The notes beneath the pieces are model-generated. The model saw nothing but the letters and a program-made list of their open reading frames with translations. It did no database searches and was not told where the DNA came from. Positions 10,234-19,923 of a stretch of 64,000 nucleotides of DNA are shown piece by piece. The stretch is from a virus (lineage: Duplodnaviria; Heunggongvirae; Uroviricota; Caudoviricetes), in the IMG/VR virus record IMGVR_UViG_2541047759_000001. One strand, 5' to 3'. Made by a program: the position numbers and the translations under genes. The first letter of the stretch is position 1; each line of letters begins with the position of its first letter.

Positions 10234-10491
10234 ATACAGCGAACGCCATTGGTTTAGTTGGATATTTACTGTGCCGGACAAAAACGGTTTGCGGGGAAAT
10301 CTTAGTTAAGTAGAATGACTGCGGGTGCTTGAGGCTATCTGTCTCAGGCATGAACACCAAAAGGCAGATAGAGAAAAGCCCCAGTTAACATTACGCGTCC
10401 TGCAAGACGCTTAACATTAATCTGAGGCCATATCTATGCGACACATAGAGATTAGCCTCTTACGGACCGAAAGGTCAAGGAGAAGCAGGCT

Positions 10492-10647
10492 ATGAAGCAG
10501 CAAAAGGCGATGTTAATCGCCCTGATCGTCATCTGTTTAACCGTCATAGTGACGGCACTGGTAACGAGGAAAGACCTCTGCGAGGTACGAATCCGAACCG
10601 GCCAGACGGAGGTCGCTGTCTTCACAGCTTACGAACCTGAGGAGTAA
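10492..10647 (+). CDS. hok: Hok/Gef family type I toxin
   Basis: 51-aa translation MKQQKAMLIALIVICLTVIVTALVTRKDLCEVRIRTGQTEVAVFTAYEPEE matches the Hok/Gef family; structured leader upstream and terminator downstream. Confidence 0.85.
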   Translation: MKQQKAMLIALIVICLTVIVTALVTRKDLCEVRIRTGQTEVAVFTAYEPEE

Positions 10648-10717
10648 GAGACCTGGCGGGGGAGAAATCCCTCGCCACCTCTGATGTGTCAGGCATCCTC
10701 AACGCACCCGCACTTAA

Positions 10718-10742
10718 CCCGCTTCGGCGGGTTTTGTTTTTT
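10718..10742 (+). terminator. Intrinsic terminator after hok
   Basis: CCCGCTTCGGCGGG hairpin followed by TTTTGTTTTTT. Confidence 0.7.
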
Positions 10743-10814
10743 CCTGGCATTCTGGTTTACAATTCGCACGTCAGCCTGAACACCTGACACCTGCTGCGCC
10801 AGCAGAGAAAACAG

Positions 10815-11087
10815 ATGGCGCACAAAACCAAATTTCACAATTCTGATACCGACCTTGCCATCCGGCATGAGCGGCGTTCACACGCATTTAAAACCGACTG
10901 GTACCAACACCCACCATGTACTGAAGAACAGGCCGAATGGCTGATTCATTCTTACCGCAGGCGCGGGTTCGAGGTTAAGAAAGCTCTCAGTCTCGACTAT
11001 CGGCACTGGATAATCTCTGTCAGGCTGCCTTATTCCGAACGCCCACCACGTCCGTCCCGCACTTTCCAGCAACGGATCTGGAGGTAA
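10815..11087 (+). CDS. Hypothetical phage protein
   Basis: 90-aa ORF directly upstream of the DUF968 gene. Confidence 0.55.
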   Translation: MAHKTKFHNSDTDLAIRHERRSHAFKTDWYQHPPCTEEQAEWLIHSYRRRGFEVKKALSLDYRHWIISVRLPYSERPPRPSRTFQQRIWR

Positions 11088-11088
11088 C

Positions 11089-12147
11089 GTGCGGGTATTA
11101 CTTAGACCTGTTCTGGTGCCTGAGCTTGGGCTGGTGGTCCTTAAGCCGGGCCGTGAATCCATACAGATATTTCATAATCCTCGAGTGCTGGTGGAGCCGG
11201 AACCGAAAAGCATGTGCGGCCTGCCATCCGGAGTCGTCCCTGCCGTTCGCCAGCCGCTGGCGGAGGATAAATCATTACTGCCATTTTTCAGCAATGAGCG
11301 TGTGATTCGTGCTGCTGGCGGCGCTGGTGCACTGTCTGACTGGCTGTTGCGCCATATTAAATCCTGCCAGTGGCCACACGGTGATTATCACCACAGTGAA
11401 ACCGTCATTCACCGTTATGGTACCGGCGCAATGGTGTTGTGCTGGCACTGCGACAACCAGTTGTGTGACCAGACCTCAGAATCACTTGAGCAACTTGCTC
11501 ACCAAAACTTGTCAGCATGGATGATTGACGTCATCCGTCACGCAATCAGCGGTACGCAGGAGAGGGAGTTATCGCTGGCCGAATTATCCTGGTGGGCGGT
11601 CTGCAATCAGGTGGCTGATGCGCTTCCGGAGTCTGTATTGTGTCGTTCACTGGGATTACCGGTGGAAAAAATCCGCTCCGTATACCGTGAGAGTGACATC
11701 GTACCGGGAGAACAGACTGCCACCAGCATACTGAAGCAGCGCACAAAAAATATTGCGCTGCCACTTCACGTCCACCAGCAACAGCCCCCACTCCAGGAAA
11801 AGACGTTAGTAAGCATCGCCGTTGATCCGGAGTCTCCGGCTCAGTATCTCCAGCGCCAGAAACCACAACGGGAAGAGATGCCTGTATACACGCGCTGGGT
11901 AAAAACGCAGAAATGCATGACGTGCGGTAATCAGGCAGATGATCCGCATCACATCATTGATCATGGCCTGGGAGGTATGGGAACAAAGGCTGATGATTTG
12001 TTTGTTATTCCGCTGTGCCGTAAATGTCATAACGAACTGCACGCCGGGGTAAAAGATTTTGAAGAAAAACACGGCAGCCAGCTGTTGTTGCTGATTCGTT
12101 TTTTAATGCACGCGAGAAATTCGGGTGTCCTGAAGTGGAAAGCATGA
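11089..12147 (+). CDS. DUF968-type phage protein with C-terminal Cys/His cluster
   Basis: 352 aa; C-terminal 'CMTCGN...HHIIDHG...CRKCHNELH' zinc-binding or HNH-like motif; GGAGG RBS with GTG start. Confidence 0.7.
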   Translation: MRVLLRPVLVPELGLVVLKPGRESIQIFHNPRVLVEPEPKSMCGLPSGVVPAVRQPLAEDKSLLPFFSNERVIRAAGGAGALSDWLLRHIKSCQWPHGDYHHSETVIHRYGTGAMVLCWHCDNQLCDQTSESLEQLAHQNLSAWMIDVIRHAISGTQERELSLAELSWWAVCNQVADALPESVLCRSLGLPVEKIRSVYRESDIVPGEQTATSILKQRTKNIALPLHVHQQQPPLQEKTLVSIAVDPESPAQYLQRQKPQREEMPVYTRWVKTQKCMTCGNQADDPHHIIDHGLGGMGTKADDLFVIPLCRKCHNELHAGVKDFEEKHGSQLLLLIRFLMHARNSGVLKWKA

Positions 12148-12510
12148 ATGACTGAACGCATAGAATTTGTTTTGCCTTACCCGCCGACGGTGAATACCTA
12201 CTGGCGACGTCATGGCAATACGTATTTCATCTCGGAGGCCGGAAAGCGTTATCGCCGTGATGTGGCGCTAATTGTTCGCCAGCAGCGGCTGAAATTAAAC
12301 CTGTCCGGAAGGCTGGCGATAAAGGTGATTGCAGAGCCACCGGATAAGCGTCGTCGCGACCTGGACAATATCCTGAAAGCACCGCTGGATGCGCTGACGC
12401 ATGCGGGAGTGTTAATGGACGATGAGCAGTTTGATGAAATCAATATCGTTCGTGGTCAGCCAGTATCTGGTGGACGTCTGGGGGTGAAGATTTACCCCAT
12501 AATGCATTAA
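12148..12510 (+). CDS. rusA: Holliday junction resolvase RusA
   Basis: 120 aa; 'FVLPYPPTVNTYWR' and 'RRDLDN' motifs characteristic of RusA. Confidence 0.85.
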   Translation: MTERIEFVLPYPPTVNTYWRRHGNTYFISEAGKRYRRDVALIVRQQRLKLNLSGRLAIKVIAEPPDKRRRDLDNILKAPLDALTHAGVLMDDEQFDEINIVRGQPVSGGRLGVKIYPIMH

Positions 12511-12524
12511 GAGCAGGTCAAAAA

Positions 12525-13346
12525 ATGAAACTGGAAGATTTACCGAAATACTACTCCCCAAAATCCCCTGGCCTGACCGATGCATCGGCCTCAACGTCAA
12601 AAGATGCGCTGAGTATCACTGATGTGATGGCCGCGCAGGGCATGACACAGAATCGGGCTGAGATGGGTTTTTCTGCGTTCCTGGGGAAAATGGGCATCAG
12701 TATGAATGACAGGGCGCGGGCAACAGAATTACTGGCAGATTATGCACTCAGTCGGTGCGATCGTGTGGCGGCGTTGAGAAAACTTCCGGCAGAAATAAAA
12801 CCGGTAGTGATGCGCATTATGGCTTCGTACGCTTTTGAGGATTATGCCCGCAGCGCAGCGAGTAAAAAGCAGTGCCCTTGTTGCTATGGGGAAAAATTTA
12901 TTGAAAGCGTAGTTTTTACAAACAAGGTCCAGTATCCGGATGGTAAGCCGCCGGTATGGGCAAAGTGTACGAAAGGTGTGTATTCGTCTTACTGGGAAGA
13001 ATGGAAAAAAGTCAGGGAGGTGGTAAAAGTTGCCTGTCCGGAGTGTGGCGGAAAGGGTGAGGTTTCCACCGCCTGTAAGGATTGCCGTGGGCGTGGTGTC
13101 GCCATTCATCGTGAAGAGTCGGTAAAACGTGGTATGCCTGTTATCAGAGACTGCCAGCGTTGTGGTGGTCGTGGCTATGAAAGACTACCATCAACGGAGG
13201 CATTTAATGCTATATGCGAGGTGACAAACCAGATAACACGCGCGTCATGGGAAAAAACAGTTAAGAAATTCTATGATGCGCTGGTGACCCGGTTTGATAT
13301 TGAAGAAGCATGGGCTGAGCGGCAGTTAAAAAAGGTAACTAGGTAA
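12525..13346 (+). CDS. Late gene antiterminator Q-like protein
   Basis: 273 aa with several CxxC zinc-finger pairs; sits immediately upstream of the pR'/tR' unit and tRNAs. Confidence 0.75.
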   Translation: MKLEDLPKYYSPKSPGLTDASASTSKDALSITDVMAAQGMTQNRAEMGFSAFLGKMGISMNDRARATELLADYALSRCDRVAALRKLPAEIKPVVMRIMASYAFEDYARSAASKKQCPCCYGEKFIESVVFTNKVQYPDGKPPVWAKCTKGVYSSYWEEWKKVREVVKVACPECGGKGEVSTACKDCRGRGVAIHREESVKRGMPVIRDCQRCGGRGYERLPSTEAFNAICEVTNQITRASWEKTVKKFYDALVTRFDIEEAWAERQLKKVTR

Positions 13347-13351
13347 CAAGG

Positions 13352-13379
13352 TTGATTTTTCCGGAATCTGTGGTAAATT
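13352..13379 (+). promoter_or_regulatory. Candidate late promoter pR'
   Basis: TTGATT and TAAATT with 16-bp spacer directly after Q; short transcript to the tR' hairpin. Confidence 0.5.
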
Positions 13380-13427
13380 CGTCATAACAATGGGCTTTTT
13401 ATGCCTGACGTTAGAAGAGTTTCTACA

Positions 13428-13455
13428 ACCCGCCGCCGAGCGGGTTTTTTATTGC
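13428..13455 (+). terminator. tR'-like intrinsic terminator
   Basis: ACCCGCCGCCGAGCGGGT hairpin followed by TTTTTTATT. Confidence 0.7.
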
Positions 13456-13489
13456 GGAATTAATTACGGACCGTTATTATTCTGCTCCC

Positions 13490-13565
13490 GGCCCTTTAGC
13501 TCAGTGGTGAGAGCGAGCGACTCATAATCGCCAGGTCGCTGGTTCAAATCCAGCAAGGGCCACCA
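13490..13565 (+). tRNA. ileZ: tRNA with CAU anticodon, tRNA-Ile2 (lysidine) type
   Basis: 76-nt cloverleaf with GGCCCTT/AAGGGCC acceptor stem, CTCATAA anticodon loop, GGTTCAAATCC T-loop, encoded CCA. Confidence 0.85.
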
Positions 13566-13665
13566 TCACAAACCGCCATTAGCTTATCAGGAAGAGCAGA
13601 CGACACGATAACAGGGTTGTTGGTGCGGGGGCGGGTCCCCGATGGCGGTCCATTATCGGTATTCA

Positions 13666-13739
13666 GCGTTGTTAGCTCAGCCGGACAGAGCAATTGCCTT
13701 CTAAGCAATCGGTCACTGGTTCGAATCCAGTACAGCGCG
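13666..13739 (+). tRNA. tRNA-Arg (UCU anticodon), phage-type
   Basis: Acceptor stem with one G-U pair, CTTCTAA anticodon loop, GGTTCGAATCC T-loop; no encoded CCA. Confidence 0.7.
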
Positions 13740-13852
13740 CTATATTCATTCTTCCAGATTCCTTCCGGCAGAGCCTTATACTGAAATATACCTGGCTCAG
13801 GATATTGTTGAAAATATTTTATGTTTGTCAAAAATAAAAGTTCTGTTAAGTA

Positions 13853-14206
13853 TTGATTGAGTGTTTGTTATACGGTCTAATGGTTTTTTCAGCATTAAAT
13901 ATTTATCATTCATATGGTGTGGGTAGAGTGAATATTGATGAGGCGTCGGGGTGTTTCATCCTTAGGCAGCGTATTGATATAGTCAATGCAGGACGAGCAA
14001 AGGCCTTCAGCCGTTTGACAGTTTTGTTCTGTACTCCTGATCGTCTTTCGGGAAGAGACGTTATTATTCTGAATAGTGATGCTATACAGAGGGTTTGCGA
14101 TGAGTTCATGGTTGCTAATTCAGAATTATTTGCTCTTGTTCAGGAGTACAACAGAATAGCCAGTACCTGTGGTATGGATGAACTTCGGATTACTCATCTG
14201 GGGTAG
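13853..14206 (+). CDS. Hypothetical protein in low-GC cargo region (start uncertain, possibly 13880)
   Basis: 117-aa ORF in AT-rich DNA between the tRNAs and the esterase gene. Confidence 0.35.
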   Translation: MIECLLYGLMVFSALNIYHSYGVGRVNIDEASGCFILRQRIDIVNAGRAKAFSRLTVLFCTPDRLSGRDVIILNSDAIQRVCDEFMVANSELFALVQEYNRIASTCGMDELRITHLG

Positions 14207-14653
14207 ATACATATCTGGATTATCACTTGTTACGGTAAAAAGTGATTGCTTACTGTTTTTGTGAGTGGCATTGCAGCAGCCGGATAATGTCAGTGCTGGC
14301 TGACGGTGTGCTGGTGGCGGGTGTGGTGGTTGTTGCTTTCCCGTTGCTGAAAAAGAAAACGCCAGACTGTTAGCCGGGTATCAGTTAGCGGGAGAAATTT
14401 TTAAATACTTCACAATTCAGGCGGTTGACTGTTGTCTGGTTTGCGGGGAGTTTGTTAAAAGAAACTGGCATGGTGAATCCCCCTGTGCGGAGGGGCAATC
14501 AGCGAGTAGGTATATGGGATAATCGCGGATTCAGGTGCTGGTACTGAATTCACCGGGAGGCACCCGGCACCATGCAATGGCACATAGCGCCACTCTCCAG
14601 CCCCTCTCCGGAGGGGCTGTTTATATTGATTTTGTCAGATGTGAGTAAACTCC

Positions 14654-14989
14654 TTATGGACTTTGTTGTTTTAGTCCATAAGGACATATTTGCAGAGTGC
14701 AACGGTTATTAAAGCATTCATTCAATACGTTATCTGTATTTGTAGGACATTCCTGGCTGTTTTTGATTAAATTCCAGAATGTTTTATTGAATGGTGCTAC
14801 GTTGTAAATGGTTACAGGTAGCACTTTGTTATTGAGCATGATACCTGTGTGAGTCAGTGTAAATATACTTTCAGGAGGTAAGAAAGCATCCGATTGATAC
14901 CAGATTATTAATTTTATTTTACTCCATATGACTGAAAAAGATATTCCGCATGATGGCTGGATAACTGTATCAATCACAATCCACTTCAT
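14654..14989 (-). CDS. Hypothetical protein in low-GC cargo region
   Basis: 111-aa ORF; 3' end runs through a 10-bp inverted repeat at 14652-14683, so gene reality is uncertain. Confidence 0.3.
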   Translation of the reverse strand: MKWIVIDTVIQPSCGISFSVIWSKIKLIIWYQSDAFLPPESIFTLTHTGIMLNNKVLPVTIYNVAPFNKTFWNLIKNSQECPTNTDNVLNECFNNRCTLQICPYGLKQQSP

Positions 14990-15249
14990 TTAGTTTCCTT
15001 GTTTATGTCTTGCTGGTGATGTTCTGAAAAGTATAAATGATATTTTTGAATGTAAACCATAGAGCAGAATTATTTTTCTGATGTTGTTTATTGTTTATTT
15101 AAATGCAGGGTGGTTTATATCTCGTCTTGTAGTTTATCCATGCATATCTGCTTGATGATGAGGTTTTTATTTAAGGTATGGTTTTGTGTTTTTTCTGTAT
15201 TACATGTCAGGTATTTTAAAGAATTATTTTTCAGATGGTGGAAAGAACC

Positions 15250-17211
15250 ATGGCATTTAAACACTATGATGTTGTCAGGGCGGCATCGCCGTCAGACCTT
15301 GCGAAACGACTGACACAAAAACTGAAGGAGGGGTGGCAGCCATTTGGCAGTCCGGTGGCCATCACGCCTTATACCCTGATGCAGGCCATTGCGGCGGAAG
15401 GTGATGTCACCACACCTGTGGTGGTGAAGCCGTCGGATGGAGAAGGCGCAGTTATCAGCACCACCAGCAACCCGGAGTATTACTTTGTTGTTGCCCTGGC
15501 CGGGCAGTCAAACGGTATGGCGTATGGTGAAGGGCTTCCGCTGCCGGAGACATATGACCGTCCGGACCCGCGTATTAAACAGCTGGCGCGTCGCAGCACT
15601 GTCACGCCGGGTGGTGCGTTCTGTAACTACAATGACATTATTCCTGCGGACCACTGCCTGCATGATGTTCAGGATTTGAGTAAGTTTTCACACCCGAAAG
15701 CCAGTGCAGCTCAGTATGGATGCGTGGGGCAGGGATTACATATCGCGAAGAAATTGTTGCCGTTTATTCCGGCGAATGCCGGTATTCTTCTGGTTCCGTG
15801 CTGCCGTGGTGGTTCTGCATTTTTGGCGGGCGATGAAGGTACCTTCAGCGAATCCACCGGCGCAAGCGAGACCTCGGCACGCTGGGGTGTAGATAAGCCA
15901 CTGTACAAGGACCTGCTTACCCGTACTCAGGCCGCACTGAAGGCCAACCCTAAAAATATTCTGCTTGCAGTGGTCTGGATGCAGGGCGAGTTTGATTTGA
16001 AACAGGGTGCATACGCCACCCAGCCGGGGCTGTTTGATTCCATGGTGGAAAAATATCGTTCTGACCTGTCGGAATTCGGAGGTCAGTGTCTCGGGGGCTC
16101 TCCGTCATCGGTTCCCTGGATTTGTGGCGACACGACCTACTACTGGAAGCAGACTTATTCTTCGCAATACGATGCGGTGTATGGTGCATACAAGACGAAA
16201 TCCGCAAAAAAAATCTTCTTTGTGCCGTTTATGACGGATGAAAACGGGCGAAATGTGGGTACCAACGAGCCGTCAGAAGATCCGGATGTTGCGGATATTG
16301 GGTATTACGGAGCCGGTGGTCGAACGGACGCCAAAACCTGGACGACGGCTGACCGTAAAACGCATTTTGGATCATGGGCACGTCGTGGGATTATTTCCGA
16401 CCGTCTGGCAACGGCGATTCTTGTGCATGCCGGGAGAAACGCTGAATTCATTACCGGAAAACAGCCTGATACGGTGAAGCCCACCGGACCTTCCGGTGAA
16501 GGTACGGAGAGAGAGCCGGAAGCCCCGGTCAGTAACCGAACCCTGATGAGTCTGCTGGCGTCCGGCGAAGACCTGGCATCACAGGGCTGGCGCTATTATC
16601 ACAAACCGGCGAGCGGAGACAATGTTAACAAAAACATTGCTGAAGCGGTGGTCAGTGATGCGGGGGCTACGGGAGGTAAGGCCCTGCAACTGAATAAACC
16701 GGAAAACCACATCTGGTTTCTGGAGCATGATGCAGCCGGACAGGGAGTGGAGTTACTGAAGAAGGGGGGACGTGTGAGCGTACGGTTTAAGTTGCCGGGT
16801 TCACTGGTGCCGAATCAGTTTGCCCTGGGCATTTACTGGCAGTTGTCGTCCCTGCCGGAGGGAGTGACGCTGGCAGAGGAAGGCAACGACATGCTGATGT
16901 CCTTCTTTCTGCAGACGGATGCGACGAACCTGAACGCGATGCACCACAAGAAGCCGAATGCGAAGCTGGAAACGTTCGGGGTCTTTGATAACGGATGGCA
17001 CACACTGGCTTTTGAGTTTGCCGGAAACAACAGCATTCAGGTGACGCCGGTACTGGATGAGAAACGGGGGACGCCGTTCACACTGGTGAAATCTCCGGCA
17101 TCAGGGGCGGCGGACAAACTGCAACTGACAGGCATATCAAAGGCGGCGACATATACGCTGCTGATTGACAGTGTGAAGGTGGAAGTGAACAACGCGGACA
17201 TCGCGGCATGA
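15250..17211 (+). CDS. Phage NanS-p-like protein: N-terminal DUF1737 plus SGNH-type esterase domain
   Basis: 654 aa; N-terminus 'MAFKHYDVVRAASPSDLAKRL...EGWQPFGSP' as in Stx-phage NanS-p esterases. Confidence 0.75.
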   Translation: MAFKHYDVVRAASPSDLAKRLTQKLKEGWQPFGSPVAITPYTLMQAIAAEGDVTTPVVVKPSDGEGAVISTTSNPEYYFVVALAGQSNGMAYGEGLPLPETYDRPDPRIKQLARRSTVTPGGAFCNYNDIIPADHCLHDVQDLSKFSHPKASAAQYGCVGQGLHIAKKLLPFIPANAGILLVPCCRGGSAFLAGDEGTFSESTGASETSARWGVDKPLYKDLLTRTQAALKANPKNILLAVVWMQGEFDLKQGAYATQPGLFDSMVEKYRSDLSEFGGQCLGGSPSSVPWICGDTTYYWKQTYSSQYDAVYGAYKTKSAKKIFFVPFMTDENGRNVGTNEPSEDPDVADIGYYGAGGRTDAKTWTTADRKTHFGSWARRGIISDRLATAILVHAGRNAEFITGKQPDTVKPTGPSGEGTEREPEAPVSNRTLMSLLASGEDLASQGWRYYHKPASGDNVNKNIAEAVVSDAGATGGKALQLNKPENHIWFLEHDAAGQGVELLKKGGRVSVRFKLPGSLVPNQFALGIYWQLSSLPEGVTLAEEGNDMLMSFFLQTDATNLNAMHHKKPNAKLETFGVFDNGWHTLAFEFAGNNSIQVTPVLDEKRGTPFTLVKSPASGAADKLQLTGISKAATYTLLIDSVKVEVNNADIAA

Positions 17212-17567
17212 TAAAAAAAGCCGCCAGCGGCAGGAATGGAAGCTGGCGGAGGTAATCCCAATGGAGAATGTAAAGAAAAGATGCTTTCGACATCAATCAT
17301 TTCTAAATGAAAACAGTTCTCATTGTCAACCATAACGGTAAGAAATTATGACATTTATTCATCAGGTAATGCTGTACTTCTGTATGGCAGTCTGTGTTAT
17401 GTATCTTCTTTCGGGTGGGTACAGGGCAGTGCGCGATTTCTGGCGCAGGCAGATTGATAAAAGGGCCGCTGAGAGAATCAGCGCCAGTCAGTCAGCCGGA
17501 AGCAAACCCGAAGATCCGCTCATTCCGTAGTCACTTTCTTGACAACACCTTTCAACGAGAAAATCCC

Positions 17568-17813
17568 ATGTCAGAAATCACATCCCTGGTCACTGCTGAG
17601 GCAGTGAAGGAAGTCCTGCGCTCTGAAGAAGTCCTGAGCGCACTGAAACAGAAACTCCGCCAGAACCTTGAGTCGCGTCTTGATGCAGAAGTGGATGCCA
17701 TTCTGGATGAGCTGCTGGGCGTACCAGCGGTTCCGGAGCCGGAAGGTATCGCGGGTGACGGGAGTGCTTCAGATGGCGGTGAACCCACACCTGACAGCGA
17801 CATGATGATGTAA
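17568..17813 (+). CDS. Small acidic hypothetical protein
   Basis: 81-aa ORF between the esterase and holin genes; weak RBS. Confidence 0.4.
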   Translation: MSEITSLVTAEAVKEVLRSEEVLSALKQKLRQNLESRLDAEVDAILDELLGVPAVPEPEGIAGDGSASDGGEPTPDSDMMM

Positions 17814-17889
17814 GCCTGCGCAAGGGACCATCGGTGTGTGCCGGTGGTCTTTATATTGTTGTGAGCTTCCGGATAACGGGAGACGGGGT

Positions 17890-18105
17890 ATGTACCAGAT
17901 GGAAAAAATCACAACAGGTGTGTCATACACCACGTCAGCGGTGGGAACGGGCTACTGGTTCCTGCAGTTGCTGGACAGGGTTTCCCCGTCTCAGTGGGCG
18001 GCAATAGGCGTGCTGGGGAGTCTGCTGTTTGGGCTGCTGACGTACCTGACTAACCTGTATTTCAAAATCAAAGAGGACCGGCGTAAGGCGGCGCGGGGAG
18101 AGTAA
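17890..18105 (+). CDS. S: Class II holin, S21-type pinholin with dual start
   Basis: Two close Met starts (MYQMEKI); '[51 protein letters not shown]' matches the S21 family. Confidence 0.75.
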   Translation: MYQMEKITTGVSYTTSAVGTGYWFLQLLDRVSPSQWAAIGVLGSLLFGLLTYLTNLYFKIKEDRRKAARGE

Positions 18106-18109
18106 AGTG

Positions 18110-19000
18110 ATGAATAAAAAATATGAACTGGTTGTTAAGGGGATAAATAATTACGGGGATAAGGTTACTGTTACTGTGAAGTCGGAAGGTGACGGGCAAG
18201 CGTCGCTGTTGTTGCCAGATGTGGCGATTAGTCTTGACCGTACTGAAGGTGCCACGCTGGAGTTTTACGAAGCTGAGGCGAAAAAGCAGGCGAAGCAGTT
18301 TTTCATGGATGTTGCTGCCGGGTTATGTGAATGGAACGAACCGTTGCCGGAAAAGCGCCCCGTAATTTTAGAGGCGCAGGATGTGTTGATAACCTACAAA
18401 GGAAAGCTACCGGGAAGAATTACTTGTTCTCTGAAGATGCCGCCGTCAACACTGCGGTCAGAAAAAGATGATGTTGAATCACGTATTGAAAAACTGGAGA
18501 GCTACGTCGTTGAGCTGAATAAGAAATGGTCGATATTGGTGCCTTCTGGCGATGAAAAGCAGTTTGCTGCGTTTGACGATTATTGTCGGAAAGTGATGAG
18601 CAGAAATCTCGCAGAGTGTTTCAGTATTCATAATGATAATTTCAGTGACCCGGAATGGGAGTGTAACCGGCCATCCTTTGTTGTATCCGGTGATGCTGGG
18701 AAAATAACCATCTCAGAAAATGGGAAAGTAACACCTCCATCGCACCAGCACAGTGAGGAGCTCATTGAATTTGCCATTGATTACCTGAAGAACAATAAAA
18801 AGCAGGGGCTGATGAAGCGCGTTGGCCGTTGCATGGGATATCTTCAGGTAGCCGCTGAGATTGAAGCGCTGGCCAGTGGTGCTGATAAGGATGCAATTGT
18901 GCGGGAGGCTCTTCTTCGTGATTTTAATACTCCACCCTTTAAAAAAGTGCCGGCTTACTGGCTTCATCCGGGGCTGACTTATCTTAAAGTGCGTATTTAG
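18110..19000 (+). CDS. Unrecognised 296-aa soluble protein inserted between holin and endolysin
   Basis: GGGGAGAG RBS, ATG 5 nt after the holin stop; no TM segment or signal peptide; no family recognised. Confidence 0.7.
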   Translation: MNKKYELVVKGINNYGDKVTVTVKSEGDGQASLLLPDVAISLDRTEGATLEFYEAEAKKQAKQFFMDVAAGLCEWNEPLPEKRPVILEAQDVLITYKGKLPGRITCSLKMPPSTLRSEKDDVESRIEKLESYVVELNKKWSILVPSGDEKQFAAFDDYCRKVMSRNLAECFSIHNDNFSDPEWECNRPSFVVSGDAGKITISENGKVTPPSHQHSEELIEFAIDYLKNNKKQGLMKRVGRCMGYLQVAAEIEALASGADKDAIVREALLRDFNTPPFKKVPAYWLHPGLTYLKVRI

Positions 19001-19036
19001 TGGGCCAGGGACAGCGGCTGAATATTTAATATATCC

Positions 19037-19570
19037 ATGAACACCAAAATCAAATACGGCCTGTCGGCTGCCGTTCTGGCGCTGATTGCCGCTGGTGCGC
19101 CTGCGCCTGACATTCTCGACCAGTTTCTGGATGAAAAGGAAGGCAACCACACCACGGCATACCGTGATGGTGCAGGTATCTGGACCATCTGCCGTGGTGC
19201 CATCATGGTGGATGGCAAACCTGTCGTTCCGGGCATGAAGTTGTCGAAGGAAAAATGCGACCAGGTTAACGCCATTGAGCGTGATAAAGCGCTGGCGTGG
19301 GTGGAGAAAAACATCAGAGTGCCGCTGACCGAACCCCAGAAAGCGGGGATCGCGTCATTCTGTCCGTACAACATTGGTCCCGGTAAGTGTTTCCCGTCGA
19401 CGTTTTACAGACGAATTAATGCTGGTGATCGAAAAGGTGCCTGCGAAGCGATTCGCTGGTGGATTAAGGACGGTGGCAGAGACTGCCGTATTCGTTCAAA
19501 CAACTGTTACGGTCAGGTATCCCGTCGTGACCAGGAGAGCGCGCTGGCGTGCTGGGGTATCGACAGATAA
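19037..19570 (+). CDS. R: SAR endolysin (phage lysozyme with N-terminal signal-anchor-release domain)
   Basis: 'GLSAAVLALIAAGAPA' SAR segment then 'DEKEGNHTTAYRDGAGIWTICRG' lysozyme catalytic region. Confidence 0.85.
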   Translation: MNTKIKYGLSAAVLALIAAGAPAPDILDQFLDEKEGNHTTAYRDGAGIWTICRGAIMVDGKPVVPGMKLSKEKCDQVNAIERDKALAWVEKNIRVPLTEPQKAGIASFCPYNIGPGKCFPSTFYRRINAGDRKGACEAIRWWIKDGGRDCRIRSNNCYGQVSRRDQESALACWGIDR

Positions 19571-19726
19571 GCAGAATATTTTGCTGAAAAATGAGGAATG
19601 GCCACGCGGGCGGATAACACGAAATCCTGCGAACTGGCGAAACGTAAGTGAATAAAAGTAAAAACCCCGTTTGTTGGCACCAAGCGAGGTTTTGTGTTTC
19701 TGACCTTGAGTAAGGCAAGGGAGAAC

Positions 19727-19909
19727 ATGGCGAAGTGTAAACGAATTCTGTTGAGGTTGACTATGAAAAATGGCCTTGAACTGAAAGCGCCTGTAACTGA
19801 TGACATCAGCAGAGCACTGGCTTTTGCCATTAAGTGGGTGGCGGTCGGTGTTGCTGTGTCCCCGATGCTGTATGGGCTGGCAAAACTGGTCATTGCGTTG
19901 AAATCGTGA
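19727..19909 (+). CDS. Small protein with C-terminal hydrophobic segment, between endolysin and Rz
   Basis: AAGGGAG RBS before ATG at 19727; C-terminal '[22 protein letters not shown]' hydrophobic stretch. Confidence 0.5.
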   Translation: MAKCKRILLRLTMKNGLELKAPVTDDISRALAFAIKWVAVGVAVSPMLYGLAKLVIALKS

Positions 19910-19923
19910 AGGGAGGATTAAGC

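Noticed and set aside
13740-15235. Shiga toxin genes at the Q-tRNA-lysis locus
   Set aside because: The locus architecture matches Stx phages, but no ORF here resembles StxA (about 315 aa) or StxB (about 89 aa, signal peptide).
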